Positions 61,712-64,000 of a stretch of 64,000 nt of DNA are shown here, one piece after another (positions within the stretch are counted from its first letter, which is position 1; each line of letters begins with the position of its first letter). The stretch covers positions 146,682 through 210,681 of the forward strand of contig CAWECS010000016.1 in NCBI GenBank assembly GCA_963807455.1, in the 5' to 3' direction. Origin of the DNA: an uncultured Gammaproteobacteria bacterium (GTDB lineage Bacteria > Pseudomonadota > Gammaproteobacteria > JAADHQ01). The notes beneath the pieces are model-generated. The model ran no database searches. It saw nothing but the letters and a program-made list of their open reading frames with translations, and was not told where the DNA came from. Both the position numbers and the translations under genes were made by a program.

Positions 61712-62319
61712 TAAATCCCCGCCTTTTCCTTTAATCCATTTTTGATTCGATTAGTAATCGTAAGTGTGAGTAATGCAGCCATAATGGGTATAAGCCAGAA
61801 CAACCAGCCAGGTAATTGGCCCACAGTGCCAACCCATAGACCTAACGCGCCAAATATAAAAGCTCGATCACTTTTACCAAGCGGACCATCATATCGACGT
61901 GTAGCCCCAACTGACAGCGCTAACACGCCCGTGTATTCACTTAATACAGACAGAAAAATAACCAATCCTACCGTCAGACTGTCAAAGGGATAAATCAGAA
62001 CAAAGGGAATATATAGAGCAGTGTCAGAAACGACATCACAGAGTTCATTTAAATATGAACCCAATGCTGATTTTTGATCATGTTCACGTGCTAACATGCC
62101 ATCGATGGCATTCAATGCCATACGTAAAAACATCCAGACGGGTAATAATAGAAATAGGCCAGTGTTCTGTGTGTTAAGAAATAAGAAAGCACCAAGGAAA
62201 ACAGAGCCAACCGCCGCAGCAATCGTAACCTGGTTTGCGGTGATGCCCATTGTAGCGAGTTGTTTAACCAATGGGCGTAGTAAAGCCTGGAACCCGGGTT
62301 TTATGTCATAGAGCGTCAT
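61711..62319 (-). CDS. CDP-alcohol phosphatidyltransferase family protein (PgsA/PIP-synthase-like)
   Basis: 202 aa. Signature DGMLAREHDQKSALGSYLNELCDVVSD, matching the D-G-x2-A-R-x8-G-x3-D-x3-D pattern. First gene of the operon. Confidence 0.85.
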   Translation of the reverse strand: MTLYDIKPGFQALLRPLVKQLATMGITANQVTIAAAVGSVFLGAFLFLNTQNTGLFLLLPVWMFLRMALNAIDGMLAREHDQKSALGSYLNELCDVVSDTALYIPFVLIYPFDSLTVGLVIFLSVLSEYTGVLALSVGATRRYDGPLGKSDRAFIFGALGLWVGTVGQLPGWLFWLIPIMAALLTLTITNRIKNGLKEKAGI

Positions 62320-62638
62320 GCTAACTATCCTTGTATTAGCTTGTTGTGATTATTGTATTATTATACGGTAAATTTGACGCCGCTGTCTGCCCATATTTAT
62401 TTTTATAAATCAGTTATTTATGCAATAATTATTGTATGTTATGTCTCAGTGCGGATATTTAATGCTAAGAGAGGCATCAGCAAGTAGAGTTAAAATCATT
62501 CTGATGTGTCCAATTTGGTGTAGATGTAAAATGTAAGACCTAAACCCATTCCTTGATGGTTTGGTGGCTAAGACAATAAGTATTCAAGGATGACACTATC
62601 ACGTATATTAATTAGGTCTAAAGTCAAAGATAGTCGAC

Positions 62639-64000
62639 ATGCAAAAAACGAATTCTGTAAAAAAGATGTTGGAACTAGCTGTCTGGTATCAGAAAAATTC
62701 TCAATTAGAAAAAGCTGAAAATCTTTATAGCAGTGCGCTGAAGTTAGAGCCGAATAATCCAAATGTATATAATTTGTCAGGCATGCTGAATATTCAGCAA
62801 AATAATTACAAAAAGGCTGCGACTTATTTTGAACATGCGATCAATCTTTTACCAGGTCAAGCAGACTTACATGATAACCTGGCGAATGCTTATTACCAGC
62901 AAAAATTACATGCCCAAGCTATTGCTGAACTAGAGTATTGTATTCAATTAGATTCGGGATATTGGTCAGCCTATATATTTATAGCCAATATCTATCTGGA
63001 GACAGGAGATAATGAAAACGCAATAAAACACCTGAATAACTTACTGCTGAAAGACAAATTTAATTCTAATGCACTAGTATTATTAGCTAAGGCACATTTT
63101 GGCTTAAAACAATATGAGGTAGCGCTTGAATACTACGAGCGACTAAACGAAAAACATCCAGACGATGTTGGCATCATGATTGATATGGGGATTATTTATC
63201 AAGCAATGGGGCAATATCAGCAGGCACTCGCAAGTTATAACCTTGCGATTGAAAAAGTGCCGCAAGATGAACTTGCTTATCTCAATCGTAGTCAATTATT
63301 TATGCATAATGACCAATTTAAAGAGGCGTTGGCTGATATAAATGTTTCAATCAATCTAAATAGTAATAATGCAGTAGCTTATAACAATTTAGGCACCATC
63401 TATCAAAAATGTATAAATCTACCGGCTGCTATACAAGCATATAAGCAGGCAATCAGTTTAAAACAAGATTACATCGATGCGCATATTAATCTGGCGACTG
63501 CTTACTTAAAGTCTGGTGATTTTAATGCCGGATGGGAAGAATTTGAATGGAGACTGTATCTTCCCAAATATGGAAGAGCAAAAATGCCCGAGCGCGACAA
63601 ACTAGATACAGTTTTACAAAATAAGACTGTTTTGGTTACTACTGAACAAGGCCATGGTGATACCTTTCAGTTTATTCGTTTCCTTAATTTATTGAAGCAG
63701 ACTGGTTGCAATATTATTCTTGAAACTTCAGCTTCACTGGTTAATATCCTTTGTTGTTATCGTGATTTCTCAGGCATTGTTAACGCCATAACCGAAGATG
63801 CTAGTCAATTGAGTTATGACTACTGCATTCCTACAATGAGTCTTCCCTATCTGTTCACGATCAATCTCGATAACGTTAGACAGGACATGCCCTATTTTTT
63901 ATCAAACCCTGAAAAAAGAGAGCATTGGCAACAGCAACTCAAAACGCATTATTTCAAAGTAGGTATTGCCTGGTCTGGCAACTCTCAACAAATTAATGAT
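62639..64000 (+). CDS. TPR-repeat protein with C-terminal glycosyltransferase-like domain (possibly GT9/heptosyltransferase-like), 3' end outside the window
   Basis: Open frame from ATG 62639 to the window end. At least eight 34-aa TPR units (e.g. ...AYNNLGTIYQKCINLPAAIQAYKQAI...). The C-terminal region has (V)LVTTEQGHGDTFQFIRF, reminiscent of GT9 fusions. Confidence 0.6.
   Translation, partial: MQKTNSVKKMLELAVWYQKNSQLEKAENLYSSALKLEPNNPNVYNLSGMLNIQQNNYKKAATYFEHAINLLPGQADLHDNLANAYYQQKLHAQAIAELEYCIQLDSGYWSAYIFIANIYLETGDNENAIKHLNNLLLKDKFNSNALVLLAKAHFGLKQYEVALEYYERLNEKHPDDVGIMIDMGIIYQAMGQYQQALASYNLAIEKVPQDELAYLNRSQLFMHNDQFKEALADINVSINLNSNNAVAYNNLGTIYQKCINLPAAIQAYKQAISLKQDYIDAHINLATAYLKSGDFNAGWEEFEWRLYLPKYGRAKMPERDKLDTVLQNKTVLVTTEQGHGDTFQFIRFLNLLKQTGCNIILETSASLVNILCCYRDFSGIVNAITEDASQLSYDYCIPTMSLPYLFTINLDNVRQDMPYFLSNPEKREHWQQQLKTHYFKVGIAWSGNSQQIND

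Noticed and set aside
1-64000. CRISPR arrays, tRNA or rRNA genes, and intact IS elements, transposases or integrases
   Set aside because: By eye I found no regularly spaced direct repeats with unique spacers, no tRNA-like T-arm/acceptor signatures (GGTTCGAATCC-type) in the intergenic regions inspected, and no ORF with DDE or tyrosine-recombinase motifs. A covariance-model scan (tRNAscan-SE, Infernal) would be needed to exclude small RNAs formally.

Overview
This 64-kb window is a chromosomal segment from a moderately AT-rich Gram-negative bacterium, probably a gamma- or beta-proteobacterium (my inference from gene content and order). Positions 1 to about 38,500 are a densely packed, syntenic housekeeping backbone, and the three blocks below follow the E. 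coli and Pseudomonas order almost gene for gene. The first block is ybeY, corC, lnt, a hybrid sensor kinase, leuS, lptE, holA, proA, nadD, rsfS, rlmH, maf, rng, yhdP, a C-N hydrolase, tldD, yjgA, pmbA and mgtE. The second block, on the minus strand, is the nitrogen-PTS and sigma-54 locus: ptsI, npr, EIIA-Man, rapZ, hprK, ptsN, hpf and rpoN. The third block is the LPS-transport and KDO cluster: lptB, lptA, lptC, kdsC, kdsD and yrbG. From about 38,500 to 62,400 the character changes to an accessory-like region with long AT-rich intergenic spacers and no recognisable integrase, tRNA or IS element. This region carries four groups of genes. (i) A hipBA toxin-antitoxin pair preceded by an array of TTATCATTAT operator-like repeats. 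(ii) A cluster of envelope and signalling proteins: a di-heme cytochrome c lipoprotein, a Sel1-repeat lipoprotein with a C-terminal caspase/CHAT-like domain, an alpha/beta-hydrolase lipoprotein, a small autotransporter, and a Hanks-type Ser/Thr kinase with a transmembrane segment and TPR tail. (iii) A redox-stress group: Sec-exported nickel superoxide dismutase, a GlcG/DUF336 protein, a DsrE-like protein and a TlpA-like thioredoxin-fold protein. (iv) The most interesting candidate system, a seven-gene operon at 56.6 to 62.3 kb whose reading frames are translationally coupled. It encodes a second, accessory phospholipid pathway: lysophospholipid acyltransferase, CdsA, a small membrane protein, a PTPMT1-like dual-specificity phosphatase, a PAP2 phosphatase, an alpha/beta-hydrolase fused to a SAM methyltransferase, and a CDP-alcohol phosphatidyltransferase. 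I predict it makes a specialised, possibly methylated or otherwise modified, membrane lipid of unknown structure. Three genes (rng, the caspase lipoprotein, the autotransporter) carry apparent single-nucleotide frameshifts. I found no CRISPR array, rRNA or tRNA.
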